A stretch of DNA of 52,637 nucleotides, filler included, from Stramenopiles sp. TOSAG23-2 (Eukaryota): assembly GCA_900128395.1 (NCBI GenBank). It is 3 parts of 3 records of this genome, joined end to end, with 100 filler letters (N's around TTAATTAATTAA, not from the genome) between each part and the next. Parts side by side here need not be neighbours in the genome. Positions count along the whole stretch, not along the records: positions 17,611 to 35,077 come from LT649641.1; positions 35,178 to 52,637 come from LT649642.1; 1 more part is not named here. The stretch is one strand, 5' to 3'. Each line of letters starts with the position of its first letter. Within the stretch, counting starts at the first letter, position 1. Under the pieces are notes generated by a model, which was given only the letters and a program-made list of their open reading frames with translations, was not told where the DNA came from and made no database searches. The position numbers and the translations under genes were made by a program. Positions 33,601 through 46,200 of this stretch are shown here, one piece after another.

Positions 33601-34849
33601 AGAATCAATAGAAGAAACGCAAGCATTAACAAAAGCATTAGATGACCTTAAGATTGTTGATATAGAAAATGAAAAATTAAAGACTTCTATAAGTAATTTA
33701 GAAACTGAATTAAAGGAAAAAAATAAACAAATTGCAGAATTTAATAAAAAAGATAATTCAAAGGAACTGAAAAATAAGGTGGACATAATGAAGCATGAAA
33801 TTGAACATTTAACAAAGGAAGCTAAACATCTAAAAACTGAGTTGAAAAATTCAAAAGATGTCATGTCAAAAGAGGTGGAACACTTAACCCGAAAAGAGTC
33901 GAAGACAAAATTGTTTTTAAAGAATGCTGAAGACAATCTTGAAAATACTAGTAGCAAATTGGAAGATGCAATTGAAGAAAAAAGATCATTAAAACAACGA
34001 TTGGATAATATGAAAATGGAATATATGCAATTGGAAAATAAATATAAAAAGTTAGAAAATGAATTAGTATTCGAGGATCGAAAAGATGATAAGGCGGAAC
34101 AACATTACAAAGCTAGTATTCAAGATTTAAATATAAAATTATTCAAAGCAAAAGAGCAGACGGTTAAAATTATGAATTTATATCGTGAATTAGAAATTAA
34201 ATATAAAGCGAGCGAGATGAAATTGAAAAATTTCAATATTATGACTGGCGATTCTAATAAATCAACAAACAATGCCAATAGTCTCGATGATATTGGAACT
34301 GTAGTAGATGATACAGATGATTATGATGCATGGGCAGATGAAGATGATGGACCTATGAAGAAAGTTGATAAAAAAATCATCCAGTTAGAAGCAACATTGA
34401 CTAAGAAATTAGGTATAAAGCGAAATAAAGTTCTAAAAGCCCTGGATATTATTTGCCGTGGTGTTGGTGTTGATAAATTAAAAAAAACATTAGTTGGTGG
34501 GAAGATCAAATCAGCTATTGGACAATATAATGAAATGAAACGGAAAGTTTTGCTAAGGCACAAAAGCTCACAAATCGAGTTAAATGCTTTGAATGATATA
34601 AACGATCGTATTCATTTATTGGAGAAATTAATTGCAAAGGAAACTGAAGATTTAGAACGTTGTATATGGCTTATTGAGCATTTAGCAGCACCAATAACAA
34701 AAGGTGGTTCGAACACCAACACTTTTAGACAAAATGTATTGAGGAATAATGGAAAAATGTTACGACAAAAAGAAAGGAAAAAGAAGAAAGCAGTAGTAAA
34801 AAAACGTGGATATCATTTTCGACATTTAAATGAAGAACATGAGGCTTAA
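30688..34849 (+). CDS. Long coiled-coil protein (~1310 aa), two exons: 30688-33318 (or 33321) and 33548-34849
   Basis: Heptad-rich ORFs joined by a phase-0 intron from AAG|GTAGTA (or GTATGT at 33322) to CACAG|AAT at 33547. The 110-bp duplication overlaps the donor. Confidence 0.8.
33269..33488. repeat. Perfect tandem duplication, 110-bp unit x2, spanning the exon/intron junction
   Basis: AGTTGGATGAG occurs at 33281 and 33391. Confidence 0.95.
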
Positions 34850-35077
34850 AATATTTATTATATAATATCGTACTCTCAAAAGAATAACACTTTACAAATA
34901 TTAAAAAAAAATACTAAAAAGTAGTACATCTATATCTCACATTATGTGTCAATAACTCCCATAACAAGAATCATCAAACGAGAGTATAAAATCTAAAAAT
35001 TAAATATATATCTATAACTTTACGGAATTTCGTAATGGCGGAGAAGCACATGACGATCAAGATGCATACGAATCCAT

Positions 35078-35177
35078 NNNNNNNNNNNNNNNNNNNNNNN
35101 NNNNNNNNNNNNNNNNNNNNNTTAATTAATTAANNNNNNNNNNNNNNNNNNNNNNNNNNNNNNNNNNNNNNNNNNNN
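35078..35177. other. Artificial contig-joining linker
   Basis: 44 N + TTAATTAATTAA + 44 N, identical to 17511-17610. Confidence 0.98.
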
Positions 35178-35371
35178 TTTGCCAGGGAATTACAATCATC
35201 AATATTAATAAAAAAGTCTCCTCTCCACACAAATTTTTTATACATAATTACATATGCCAGGCATTTATTGATATCTTTAAGACATGATGGATTTATATTA
35301 TATATATATTATTTTTAATATAACGCACACATATATTTTTAATATATCACATTCACATATACGCAAACGTT

Positions 35372-36454
35372 TTAACTAATTCTAGATGTTTGCTTACCAT
35401 CAACTATTCCTTGCCACAAGTCACAATTGTTACCCATTGCATTTTTTAAATCCTCTGTCATTGCATCTAAACGTTTTATTACTTCATCTTGTAAAGTTAC
35501 TGAACCAGCGTTGGCATTTGATAAAATTTGTGCTGATTTCGTAGCACCAACAATAACAGTTGATATCCCATTTTTATGCAATGGATATGCAATTGCCAAG
35601 TCTGACATAGGTATATTGATTTCTTTTGAATATGCAATTAAGTTTTCTAATGTAGACGATAATAATTCTTCATTACCATCTTCGCCATGCCTACTTTTTT
35701 CATTTGATTTACTATCAAAATGTCTTGTACGCCTTCTATACACAGGGATATCTCCTAATTTTGAATATCGCCCAGTCAATATCCCTTGCATCAATGGAGA
35801 ATAGCATATAACTTGTATATTATTTTCAATACAAAATGGTAAAATATCAAATTCAATTGCCCTAAAAATAAGATTGTAACATAACTGATTCACTGCTAAT
35901 GTTACACCAGTTGCTAATGCTTCTTTTAATTGTTCAACACCAAAATTAGATACTCCGATATGTTTGATTTTCCCTTCTTTTTGTAATTGCATCAAATCGT
36001 TAAACGCTTGTGTCACAGGTGGTATCTCAGTTGCTTCTCCACTTGTAGCATAATCCCGTCCACCATCTTTTGTATGGCCGCCTAAGAAGTGGCTCATACC
36101 TTCGGCTGTTATTGGCCAATGTACCATATAAAGGTCAATACAATTAATCCCTAAACGACTTAATGTACCTTCTGTATATTTTCTGACTTCATTTGCGTGG
36201 TTTGGTAAAATTTTGCTTCCAATAACTACATTTTCCCTATCTTCTTTTGACAATTTTGATAATGCTACGTTTAATTGTTTTTCAGAGTCACCGCCAGCAT
36301 AGTCTTCAGCAGTATCCATATACGTAATACCATTTTGAACAGCTAAAGTAACAAGCTCACATGCTAACTCATCTGTAAATTCTAAGCCCCAGTAATCATT
36401 CTTTCCTTTTGAACCTAATTGCCAACAGCCAAATCCAATCTTTGATAAGTTCAT
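35372..36454 (-). CDS. Aldo/keto reductase
   Basis: IGFGCWQLG; catalytic tetrad in DTAEDY, GSK and DLYMVHWP; GKIKHIGVSNF; YSPLMQG. Confidence 0.95.
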   Translation of the reverse strand: MNLSKIGFGCWQLGSKGKNDYWGLEFTDELACELVTLAVQNGITYMDTAEDYAGGDSEKQLNVALSKLSKEDRENVVIGSKILPNHANEVRKYTEGTLSRLGINCIDLYMVHWPITAEGMSHFLGGHTKDGGRDYATSGEATEIPPVTQAFNDLMQLQKEGKIKHIGVSNFGVEQLKEALATGVTLAVNQLCYNLIFRAIEFDILPFCIENNIQVICYSPLMQGILTGRYSKLGDIPVYRRRTRHFDSKSNEKSRHGEDGNEELLSSTLENLIAYSKEINIPMSDLAIAYPLHKNGISTVIVGATKSAQILSNANAGSVTLQDEVIKRLDAMTEDLKNAMGNNCDLWQGIVDGKQTSRIS

Positions 36455-36965
36455 ATTGTATGTATGTGTGTGCGTATACGGTTGCTATATTGCTAATGAA
36501 TGCCTTTTTAACGTACACCGGGGATTGGATAGAGTATTATAAAGTATCTTGTTTTCCACATTATTACAAATATTTCTATTCATATCTTTTATTTATTATC
36601 TTTTTTTGTGTATCTTTTTATTATTCCCGTATGTGTTGCATACCCTATATTATAACCCGCATACATACATTACAGGTACATACCCGTAGTATTAATATGT
36701 TGTTGTATCCTAATATAATAGTGCTGCTAAGGGGATATAAAATTTGCACTAAAGTGCCTAATTAATTTGCAAAGTATATAATACCAAGTATTATATTAAA
36801 TTAAACCACCCTCAGCACCTCATAAAAAGAAGTAATGTAGGATGCAGTGAGATGTCAACAAGTAGAAGATACACTTTGAAAAGTAGAGAAATACAAACAA
36901 CTGCTCGTTATTGTTTCAAATTGGATGGAAAAACAAATAATAATATATAATTGTATACAAAAAAA

Positions 36966-38390
36966 ATGTCGGCTAGATTAATACCAGAATGGACACGATA
37001 TACAGATCATAATAATCAATTTTATTTTTTACATGAAGATACAGGTGAATCTAGATGGATGTTACCAGAAAGTGAAGAAGGTATGTTTATTGATGGGGAT
37101 GAATTTGAACCAGCTGGTCGGCATGATGAATGGTTAAAATTGAAAGAAGAATATAGATTACAAGAGGAACAACAGCAATACCATGTAGAAAATCGAAATG
37201 ATCATCATGCAGAACAAAGCAATAATTTAACTAATAATAACAATAATAACAATAAAAAGAATGTAAAGGATAATAATAATAATAGAAAAGATATTGTTGG
37301 AATAGAAATGCTTATATCAACACACGGTATTAGCTCATCTACACAGTTATCGAATTGTGATAAATGCATAGATATGTTTAATATCAAACAGATACCAATA
37401 AAATTGATAGATGGTAGTGCAAGTGAAAATAAAGATAAACGAAATAAATTGTTTAAATTGTCTCAAACACGAAAATATCCACAGATTTTCATTGTAAAAA
37501 AAATAAATAATAATAATCGAAATGGTGAACAAAAAGCAACACATCGAAGTTATGGAGGAAATTATGAATGGTTACAAGAAATAATAGACAACGATGATAT
37601 CGATGAAAATATGTTATTAAATTATCCATTGATTGAAACATTTGAACGATTATTTAGTCATTTACGTGTAAAGAAAATGAGTAAAAATGATACAACAACT
37701 CATCGTAATAATAGGAAAAAAAGTAGTAATTTAAACAAACAACATGATCATCCCAAATATTCCACACCAACATCAACGAAAAATTTTGATATGGAAGAAC
37801 GTTCATTGTTATTGAGATTATCCTCACATTCAGATTCATCATCACGACATTCAAATACCCCATCTCCATCATCATCCACAGCAGTACGTGTAGGTACACC
37901 AACAACAATGGCTGGTGAATCAATTATACAAGCAAAAGCTATGAATATTCCAATGAATCATCAAACAAAAGATACATCAACTCTTATCACCGCAACAGTA
38001 CGCAATCGTAACATTAATTCCAATAATTTAAACTTACAAAACGATGATAATGCTAATGGATTAGCAACGCCAATTTTACTAACTCAAGAGCATTATTCAG
38101 TAGATAATGTAAATGGTAATGTCCCAGTATTTAACATGAATGATGTTGATAAAATGTATAGAAATGCAGATAGTAGCAGTAGTAGCAGCAGTGAAAGCAG
38201 TTCTAGCAGTAGTGAAAGTGATACTAGTAGTGATGATGATGACGATGATAATAATAATGTAAAAAAAAAAAAGAAGAAGAAGAAAAAAAAGAAAAGGAAA
38301 AGTAAAAAGAAAAAGAAAAAAAACAAAAGAAAAAGTGTAGGTAATATGGTCAACTATTTAAAAACTAAATTGACTACAAAAAAGAAGTAA
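36966..38390 (+). CDS. WW domain + SH3BGR/glutaredoxin-like domain protein with Ser/Asp/Lys low-complexity tail
   Basis: WW motif EWTRY......YFLHEDTGESRWMLP and a thioredoxin-fold segment (IDGS..ENKDKRNKLF.LS...KYPQIFI...YGG.YE). ATG at 36966 is in AAAATG context. Confidence 0.72.
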   Translation: MSARLIPEWTRYTDHNNQFYFLHEDTGESRWMLPESEEGMFIDGDEFEPAGRHDEWLKLKEEYRLQEEQQQYHVENRNDHHAEQSNNLTNNNNNNNKKNVKDNNNNRKDIVGIEMLISTHGISSSTQLSNCDKCIDMFNIKQIPIKLIDGSASENKDKRNKLFKLSQTRKYPQIFIVKKINNNNRNGEQKATHRSYGGNYEWLQEIIDNDDIDENMLLNYPLIETFERLFSHLRVKKMSKNDTTTHRNNRKKSSNLNKQHDHPKYSTPTSTKNFDMEERSLLLRLSSHSDSSSRHSNTPSPSSSTAVRVGTPTTMAGESIIQAKAMNIPMNHQTKDTSTLITATVRNRNINSNNLNLQNDDNANGLATPILLTQEHYSVDNVNGNVPVFNMNDVDKMYRNADSSSSSSSESSSSSSESDTSSDDDDDDNNNVKKKKKKKKKKKRKSKKKKKKNKRKSVGNMVNYLKTKLTTKKK

Positions 38391-38683
38391 AAATAATGAT
38401 GCATGTGGATTTGCGTGTATGTTAATGTGTGTGTGAATTTCGAATAATTTTGTTCTCTAATATTTTCATTTTCACTTAACTTTATATCTTCTCCTGCTGC
38501 ATGTGGTTGTTTACCAGTTTACAACAAAACTGAAATTGCTTCACACCTCATTACAACCTATAGATATATATATATACATTTTAACATACTCTCTCTATTA
38601 ATACATACTTGTATTATACATATATATACAATGATAACAGCGATATATATACATTATATATATAATAGTTTATAATAGTCAAT

Positions 38684-40582
38684 ATGTTGTTGCGAAGATC
38701 TATCTTAAATTATCGTACAAAGAAATTGTATAACCTTCGATATCATAAGAAGCATCTTTTCAATACAAAAAAACATTATTATTACTCCATTTTATTAAAA
38801 AAAATTTATAATCACAACAATGCAAATTCAATAGCAATTATCGAAAATTTTCAAAACAATAATAATAATAATAATATAAATTATAAAGATTTAGCCAAGC
38901 AAATAGACAATTTTTCGATTAATCTATCTGCATCTATTAACAATGCAAAGAATATCACAAACAATGATGGTTCAACGAAAAAAAAAACAATAGCATTTTT
39001 ATGCAAACCATCCATTAACTATGTCATCACTTTATTAGCAATTTGGAGGTTAGGTCACGTAGCCGTACCATTATCACCACTTCATCCTGCAAATGAAATT
39101 TTACATGTTATAAATGATTCAAAATCTGATGTCATAATAAGTGAAGAATCGTTAAATAAATTGATAATTATCGATGATGATGAAGATGTAAATATTCACA
39201 ATGTAGATTTTGAAACAATTGCAAAGAATAATGTCATTAATGAAAATGATTTCAAAAAATTATCACAATTGATAATAAAAAAAGATCATCATGATAATGT
39301 AGATGATGATGCATACATTGTATATACTTCTGGTACAACTGGAAAACCCAAAGGTGTTGTACATTCTCACAAAGCGATTCAAACGCAAATAGAAGATATG
39401 ATAGAGGAATGGAAATGGAGTTCAAGTGATCATATTCTACATTTTTTACCGTTGCATCATTTACATGGAATTGTCAATAAATTATTTTGTTGTTTATATG
39501 TTGGGGGAATTGTTGAATTTATCGAATCTCATCCTGACATTTTATGGGATCGAATCATTGAAAATGGAAGAAATAATAATAATACTATTAATAATTACAA
39601 CAACAAAAATCAAAGTGGTGCAACATTATTCATGGCTGTACCAACAATATATCAAAAACTAATTGAACAATATCATACATTACCGAAAGAAAAGCAAGTG
39701 GAAGTGCAAGAGGCGTGTAAATCATTTCGATTGATGATTAGTGGATCAGCTGCATTGCCAATAAATGTATTAAATGAATGGGAAAATATTACAGGTCATT
39801 TTTTATTAGAAAGATATGGAATGAGTGAATTTTGTATGGGTTTAACAAATCCATATGAACCTATTGAAAATAGAATACCTGGTTATGTTGGAATGAATTT
39901 TCCATCTGTTGATATAAGGTTATGTAATTATGAAGAAGAAGATGAAAATGATAGTAATTTTAGTGGACAAGAAAGCAAAAATGCTGTCATAACAGATGAT
40001 CCAATATCTTTACCATCATTAAAGAATGGACAATCATCTCCCGGTGAAATTCGTATTAAAGGTAATGGCATGTTTTCTAGATATTTAAATTTGGATGATA
40101 TTACAAAAAAATCATTTGATTCCAATGGATACTTTAAAACTGGCGATATTGCAATATATGATAGTGATGTAAATTCATTTAAAATTTTAGGTCGAAAATC
40201 GACAGATATTATTAAGCACAAAGGCTATAAAATCAGTGCATTGGAAATTGAACGATATCTATTAGAACATCCAAATATATTAGAAGCATGTGTTTTTGGA
40301 ATGCCTGATGAAAGATATGGTGAGAGTATATATTGTTTATTGCGATGTGTGGAGGAATCATTAAATAATATAGATGATGATGATTGTGGTGATGAAAATA
40401 CAACAAAGAAACCTGTTGTATTTGAAGATGAATTGAATACATTTTTATTAAAACGTTTAGCAAAATATAAATTACCAAGTCAATATATAATGGTGGATAA
40501 TATACCAAAAAATGCAATGGGTAAAGTAAATAAAAAAGATGTAAAAAAAAAATATTATGGCCCTGCCGTTGTTGATTTATAA
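38684..40582 (+). CDS. ACSF3: Malonyl-CoA synthetase (ACSF3/AAE13-like acyl-CoA synthetase), probably mitochondrial
   Basis: YTSGTTGKPKG, LPLHHLHG, LFMAVPTIY, SGSAALP, LLERYGMSE, FKTGD, GYKISALEIE and PKNAMGKVNK; basic presequence. Confidence 0.88.
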   Translation: MLLRRSILNYRTKKLYNLRYHKKHLFNTKKHYYYSILLKKIYNHNNANSIAIIENFQNNNNNNNINYKDLAKQIDNFSINLSASINNAKNITNNDGSTKKKTIAFLCKPSINYVITLLAIWRLGHVAVPLSPLHPANEILHVINDSKSDVIISEESLNKLIIIDDDEDVNIHNVDFETIAKNNVINENDFKKLSQLIIKKDHHDNVDDDAYIVYTSGTTGKPKGVVHSHKAIQTQIEDMIEEWKWSSSDHILHFLPLHHLHGIVNKLFCCLYVGGIVEFIESHPDILWDRIIENGRNNNNTINNYNNKNQSGATLFMAVPTIYQKLIEQYHTLPKEKQVEVQEACKSFRLMISGSAALPINVLNEWENITGHFLLERYGMSEFCMGLTNPYEPIENRIPGYVGMNFPSVDIRLCNYEEEDENDSNFSGQESKNAVITDDPISLPSLKNGQSSPGEIRIKGNGMFSRYLNLDDITKKSFDSNGYFKTGDIAIYDSDVNSFKILGRKSTDIIKHKGYKISALEIERYLLEHPNILEACVFGMPDERYGESIYCLLRCVEESLNNIDDDDCGDENTTKKPVVFEDELNTFLLKRLAKYKLPSQYIMVDNIPKNAMGKVNKKDVKKKYYGPAVVDL

Positions 40583-40893
40583 AAAAGTAGGGGTGTGTGA
40601 ACCTATTATGTTTTTTTGATTAGAAAAATTGGAATGATATTTTTAAAACAGCATCGTAATTTTGCAAAACAATTACGCATGTTCTTTTTCTATTTATATA
40701 TAATATACGACGAGTATATATATTTTTAATCTTCTATTTTTTTATACGAGCCGTATAAATTCTATACACATAAACTCGATTAAATAGTCAACATTATACG
40801 AGTCGTATTATTTAAAAATAATAAAAATATAAATGATATACATGTAAATGATAAATAAAAAATATATTTTATGATATATCATACTGTAAAATA

Positions 40894-41193
40894 TTATCGT
40901 CCTGTATCTTTTTTCCATTGTTCAAAAGCTTCATCATTAGTATATTCGGATAAGCAATCATTCATCTCTTTGTTTTGCTTTCTACAAGCGACTACTACAA
41001 ATAAATTGTTTGCTTTTGCACAATCAGCAAATGCTTTTAACTTTGGCCTACATAATTCTAGTGCTCTTTCATTATTAATATCACGTAATAATTGTTCCCT
41101 TCTTGCATCTGTTCCTTTTTTATTTAAATTAAATGGATTTTTCATACGCGTACCACGTCCATCCGCTTTCGCTTTTTGCAAATCATCCGACAT
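40894..41193 (-). CDS. CMC1: COX assembly mitochondrial twin-Cx9C protein (Cmc1-like)
   Basis: Twin Cx9C motifs CRPKLKAFADC and CRKQNKEMNDC in a 99-aa protein. Confidence 0.8.
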   Translation of the reverse strand: MSDDLQKAKADGRGTRMKNPFNLNKKGTDARREQLLRDINNERALELCRPKLKAFADCAKANNLFVVVACRKQNKEMNDCLSEYTNDEAFEQWKKDTGR

Positions 41194-41516
41194 GTTTTAT
41201 GTATGTATCTATATAGATATAAATATAGGTTGTATTATTTCTACATATATATATATCTTAATTATTGGTTAATATGTTTCCATCTTCTGTTTGTATGTAT
41301 AATATACTAATACGAGGATATATATCTTCTTCTTTTTCAAATAGAACAACCAGATGAAATTCGCTCATTGTTAAGGTATTAGTATGGGCTGTAGCAGGTA
41401 GCATCGAGAAACAAGGGAACAAAACACCAAAATATACCAAAACCCTTAATTTAATATACTTATAATTACCTTAATTCGTTTTTACATTTTAATCCTTTTT
41501 TAATCCTAGAAATCAT

Positions 41517-42614
41517 TCATTTATTATCGTAATTTTGCAACAATGCTTCTTTAAATTCACCGATTTGACCCGCACGCACGCGACAACACCCACCAATTAG
41601 TGAAGCGCCATATGATTTAAATTCAAGTGCATGACTTCCATTTAATATTGGCACTTCATCTTTTTCCTCATCATCAACCCAACATCGATGACCATCCCTT
41701 GCATCCCATACTTCACCACTATTTGGATAACATACTAATGGTTTATCGGTGACTTCTTTTGCAGATGTTAATAATGGCTGAACAAGTGATGGGTGTACAC
41801 AATTAATACCAACTGCAATAACATTATCATATGCAGCAACTTTTGCAACTGCATCTTTAAATATAGAACCATCAATTGTTGTTTTATTGTCTTTACATAT
41901 AAAGGATATCCATGTTTTTGCATCTTCACATTCATTTTGCAATACATCCAATGCTACTGTTGCTTCATTTATCCCAGGTAATGTTTCTATAGCAAAAAGA
42001 TCCGGTTCACCTTTATATAAACTTTTTAATTTATCATAATAATATTGATATAAAATATCATCTGAAATTTCTGTCACTCTATTACTTGGATCTGTCATAC
42101 CACTAAACGGAGTGGATTCGCCACACGGGCCTACAGATGCAGCAACTAATGGAAACAGTAGATCCTTTTCCTTATTTTTTTCCATGTATTTATCGCGTGA
42201 TATTTTTGCTATTTCAACGCTTCTTTTTAATAATTCGGTAGTATAATTATATTTTTCTTCATCTGTAGAAATATTTGGAGCTAAACTATTTGTGTTAAAA
42301 AAATCTAAGTTATTTAAAAGCAAATGTGATATTTTATATGAATTTGTTGAAATAACTTGAGAGCCATTATTCAAAAATGACATGTGAATCTTTTCCAATT
42401 CTTTTAACCCATCATCAGTCATCAAAACTTGAGAACCCCACAACACATCTTTTTGTGCATGTCCATCATATAACGCCGTTCCCATAGCACCATCTAATAA
42501 GCAAACTCCATATTTTTCAATAAATTGATGAATTTGATTGGAATGAAGAAAAAATTGTTGATACAATAATTTTTTCGATACTATATATTTTTGTTTCGCG
42601 CCTATATGAAACAT
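41517..42614 (-). CDS. Homocysteine S-methyltransferase (MmuM/HMT family)
   Basis: LLDGAMGT, VAASVGP, AIETLP, Zn ligands in GINC and GGCCR, and YPNSGE; ATG at 42614. Confidence 0.92.
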   Translation of the reverse strand: MFHIGAKQKYIVSKKLLYQQFFLHSNQIHQFIEKYGVCLLDGAMGTALYDGHAQKDVLWGSQVLMTDDGLKELEKIHMSFLNNGSQVISTNSYKISHLLLNNLDFFNTNSLAPNISTDEEKYNYTTELLKRSVEIAKISRDKYMEKNKEKDLLFPLVAASVGPCGESTPFSGMTDPSNRVTEISDDILYQYYYDKLKSLYKGEPDLFAIETLPGINEATVALDVLQNECEDAKTWISFICKDNKTTIDGSIFKDAVAKVAAYDNVIAVGINCVHPSLVQPLLTSAKEVTDKPLVCYPNSGEVWDARDGHRCWVDDEEKDEVPILNGSHALEFKSYGASLIGGCCRVRAGQIGEFKEALLQNYDNK

Positions 42615-43269
42615 TTTTTTTTTATTATTACATATATAATTTATATACACAAAAGAAGTAATAAATTATACATATATATATATATATATATATAACTTTC
42701 GTTTGCCGCGTACTAATGTTTTCTTTGTTCTTCGGTGATGTAAAATATAAAAAAAACCTCCTGGATAAAATAGATAAACATTAGCTTATAGTGCCATACT
42801 AATACGTGCATCCATGGTACGACGAACGACGAAGCAAATTGTGCAATTTATTAGTAAAAGCACTTCCTATACTAATACTTACCTTAACCTGGCTTACTGG
42901 CTTACCACTGGTATAATATACTGTAGCTACTATTGCACCCTATATTGCCATATTAATAATAATATTAATATCCTTCTTCTTTCTTGAATTGATGTACCAC
43001 CTATAATATATATCTAAAATACATATCATACAAAAGAAGAAGAAGAAAGAACATAAATAATAAAGCCTGGAAAGCTAAAGCCAAAATTATTATTATAAAG
43101 AATATAAGGCAGACACATACAAATAGATGGAAGAACATCAAAAACAAGACAACAGAAATATCAAAACTATTTCATTGAACACACACACACATATATATAT
43201 ATATATAATCATCAAAGACTACGGCTGTGCAAATCATTGCTATTCATATTTTCTCTTTTTAAATAAAAA

Positions 43270-46200
43270 ATGAATAGTAATAATCAAGGTGGTTCAAAAT
43301 CAAAAGATACTTCCACGGAAATATTAAATAATAATAATAATAATACAACGGCGGAAACGGGATCATCTGGGGCATCTCCTTCAAAACCTTCAGGGAAAAA
43401 TGACCAAAACCAAATGCCCCTTGAAAGACAGAAAAGTGCAAACTCGATTTCAGATGTAGCTGTAAAAATTGAAGCAGCTGTTCGGTTGAAAAAAGTACAC
43501 TTAAACCGTTCAAGTACAAAAGAGCTTGATTCACAGTTTATCGAAACTTTAAAAGAGATAGCGACAAAAAAAAAATGGTTATTGGAAGATTTAGATAACA
43601 ATATTGGTTTAGAAATTATAAAATTTTTACAGAAACGCCTCAAGCATAGGCATCAAACCAATCCTCGAAAATGTCATTGTGTGTATCGTAAAGCTAAAAT
43701 CGTTCGATACAATAAGGAAAACAAAACTTATGTAGTTCAATATATTGATTCTTTAGATACGAGAAAAAAGGTTATTCAAGAAAAAGATATCGAAGAAGGC
43801 AATAGCAGAGAATATCTTGAGGGAGAAGTTGTAAACATTAAAAAACCAGATATTTGTCCGGTGCAGCTCCGGCATTATTTGAAGCAACTGAAGCTCCAGC
43901 CTGGATGGTCGCCTATACATTTTATATGCTCCCATGCATTGGTTGGAAGTATCAATATTATAATGAAAATCATTAATGATGAAGATGAATCTTCGTTTTC
44001 TCAATTATTAGAATTGGAAGATTTACATGGAAAAACACCATTATTTTTTGCTGTACATGGTTTGGATTTCTCATTATCAGAAGATGAACAAGATCATGGC
44101 CAAGAACGCAGTCAAGAGAGAATGGAACAGAAAGAATGCATTGCTAGAATGAAACTAGTAAAACTATTAATGGAACATAATGCAAGATTAACACACCGTG
44201 ATCAATATGGCAAAACTATTTATTATTATTTATCTGGAAAGCCAGATGTGTATTCTTATTTATTGTTTAAAACATTATCAGCAATTTCAAATAGGATATC
44301 GCGTCATGCCGTTATAAGGACAAGGACTGAAAGCTATGGATTGATGTACAAAAATTTTTGTGACATGTTCAGAGTAACAGATTTAAAGAGACGCAACACA
44401 CTACGTTCTATAAATAAAGAAAATAGGAAATATTTATGCAAAGAATATAAATTAGTCAACGAATGGTCAAAACGTTTGAAACCAGCGATGGGTACAAATA
44501 GTAATAAGTCCAATTTCTGGAATGAATGCCTAGCTGATATGAGAAAAATGTCATCGCTAGAGAGCAAAATTGACATGTTATCAAAAGTGTTGGTAAAAAG
44601 GCTGAATTTTGCACATAAAGATCATGTAGAGAAATATTTTAAAAAGTTCAAAGGGATATTAAAAACATATGTTCGTACATTGGATGTTCAGATTAGCGAT
44701 GATGAAATATTAAAAGCAATATCAAATGAAAAATTTTTAAGAATTTATTACGTTATTAAGCCTGGAAAGAAGTTTGAACATGGTAAAATCGTTGAAAATA
44801 ATAATAGTGATCGATTGGATATAAGTTTTGAATATGATATATTCACTAGTAATTTTATGGCGGATGATTTTATCAGAGACGAAGTTACACTATTTGAAGA
44901 AGATGGAGAAGAAATGAAAATAATATTTACTGAGATCGAGAACTCCATAGCAGATATTTTTGCACGAACTGCTTTTAAACATGAAAATTATCCTTCAAAT
45001 GAGATATCAACCAATGCCAGGATGAGTAAAATTAAGGACAAAAATGATATCAATCAATCAAAAGGTAGAAAATCATTTAATTTGGACGATTTGAATGACA
45101 CTTTGGAGAAAGTTTGCAATTGGATGATATCGATGGCAAATATTTCAATACCAAAAGAAACATTAGAAGCATCAAAATATAAACACTTTAAAGAAGAAAT
45201 ATTGCGAGAAATTCAAAATATACTAATAGATGTCATTTTGTATAGCAATTTAATATCTTTGGACATGGATCTATCTCAAAAAGAAAGCATATTGAAGGAA
45301 TTTTTGGATAAAGCTTATGATATATATAACGACAGAAGCAAATTATATAGCTGGGAAAAAATTGAATTTAAATTAGCAATAGCAAGAAATGGTACAACAT
45401 CAAAGGAAATGTATGTAGTAAGATTGTATGTTGTCGACAAATCAAAGGGAAAATATGATACAAAACGCAGGCAACGACATCTGGTTCATGAAACGTTTAA
45501 GTATCCAGTTGTTATTCACCATGTCAAAAATTTATTTTACAAATTTGTAGATAAATCCTTGCATGAACTATGCACAAAATCACAAGTGAAGATCACGAAC
45601 CGTGATTTTATGGATGTGAAGCAACGTCGTTTGGGACGGCAACGCGTTCATAGCCGACGGATCATGAAACATTTTGGCACTTCAATGGAACTTTTGCCAT
45701 CAGAAATAAGCAGAAACCCATCAGAGGTAAGAAGTGTAAGTTTAACAAATGAAGAAGATCTATCAGATGCATTTGCAACGAAAGATGATGATGATGATGA
45801 TCTCGGCGATACAGATGAAATGAATTTTGATTACGTCAAGCCTAGATGGCGAGTTGTTTGTCGAGAAAAGTTGGAGAATGTTAGAAAAGAAAGAGATGAG
45901 CATCATATGTGGATGGATAATATCAAATTTCGTGATAGCATCTTGAAAGCTCAAGAAACTATACAAAAGAAGTTTCAAGAAGAACAAAGGTTGGATAAAA
46001 AATTAGTGAAATGGCGTCGTCGACTCGTAGAAACAGTCAATCAATTTATTACAGACGTGGTAGATCCAGCTTTATCTAGTGGCTTGGGACATATATTATG
46101 TCGAGCTACCTGCAGGCCAGATTTATTGACAGAATATGACAAAGCTCGCTTTGGTGCAGATGGCTTTATTAATGACAGTGATGCGGAAAAAATGCTTCAA

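Noticed and set aside
38684-42614. ACSF3-CMC1-HMT as a functional gene cluster
   Set aside because: No shared pathway and mixed orientation; proximity is explained by the compact genome.
42875-42893. ATACTTACC...CCTGGC resembling the U1 snRNA 5' end
   Set aside because: Interrupted by TTAA, and no U1 stem-loops or Sm site follow.
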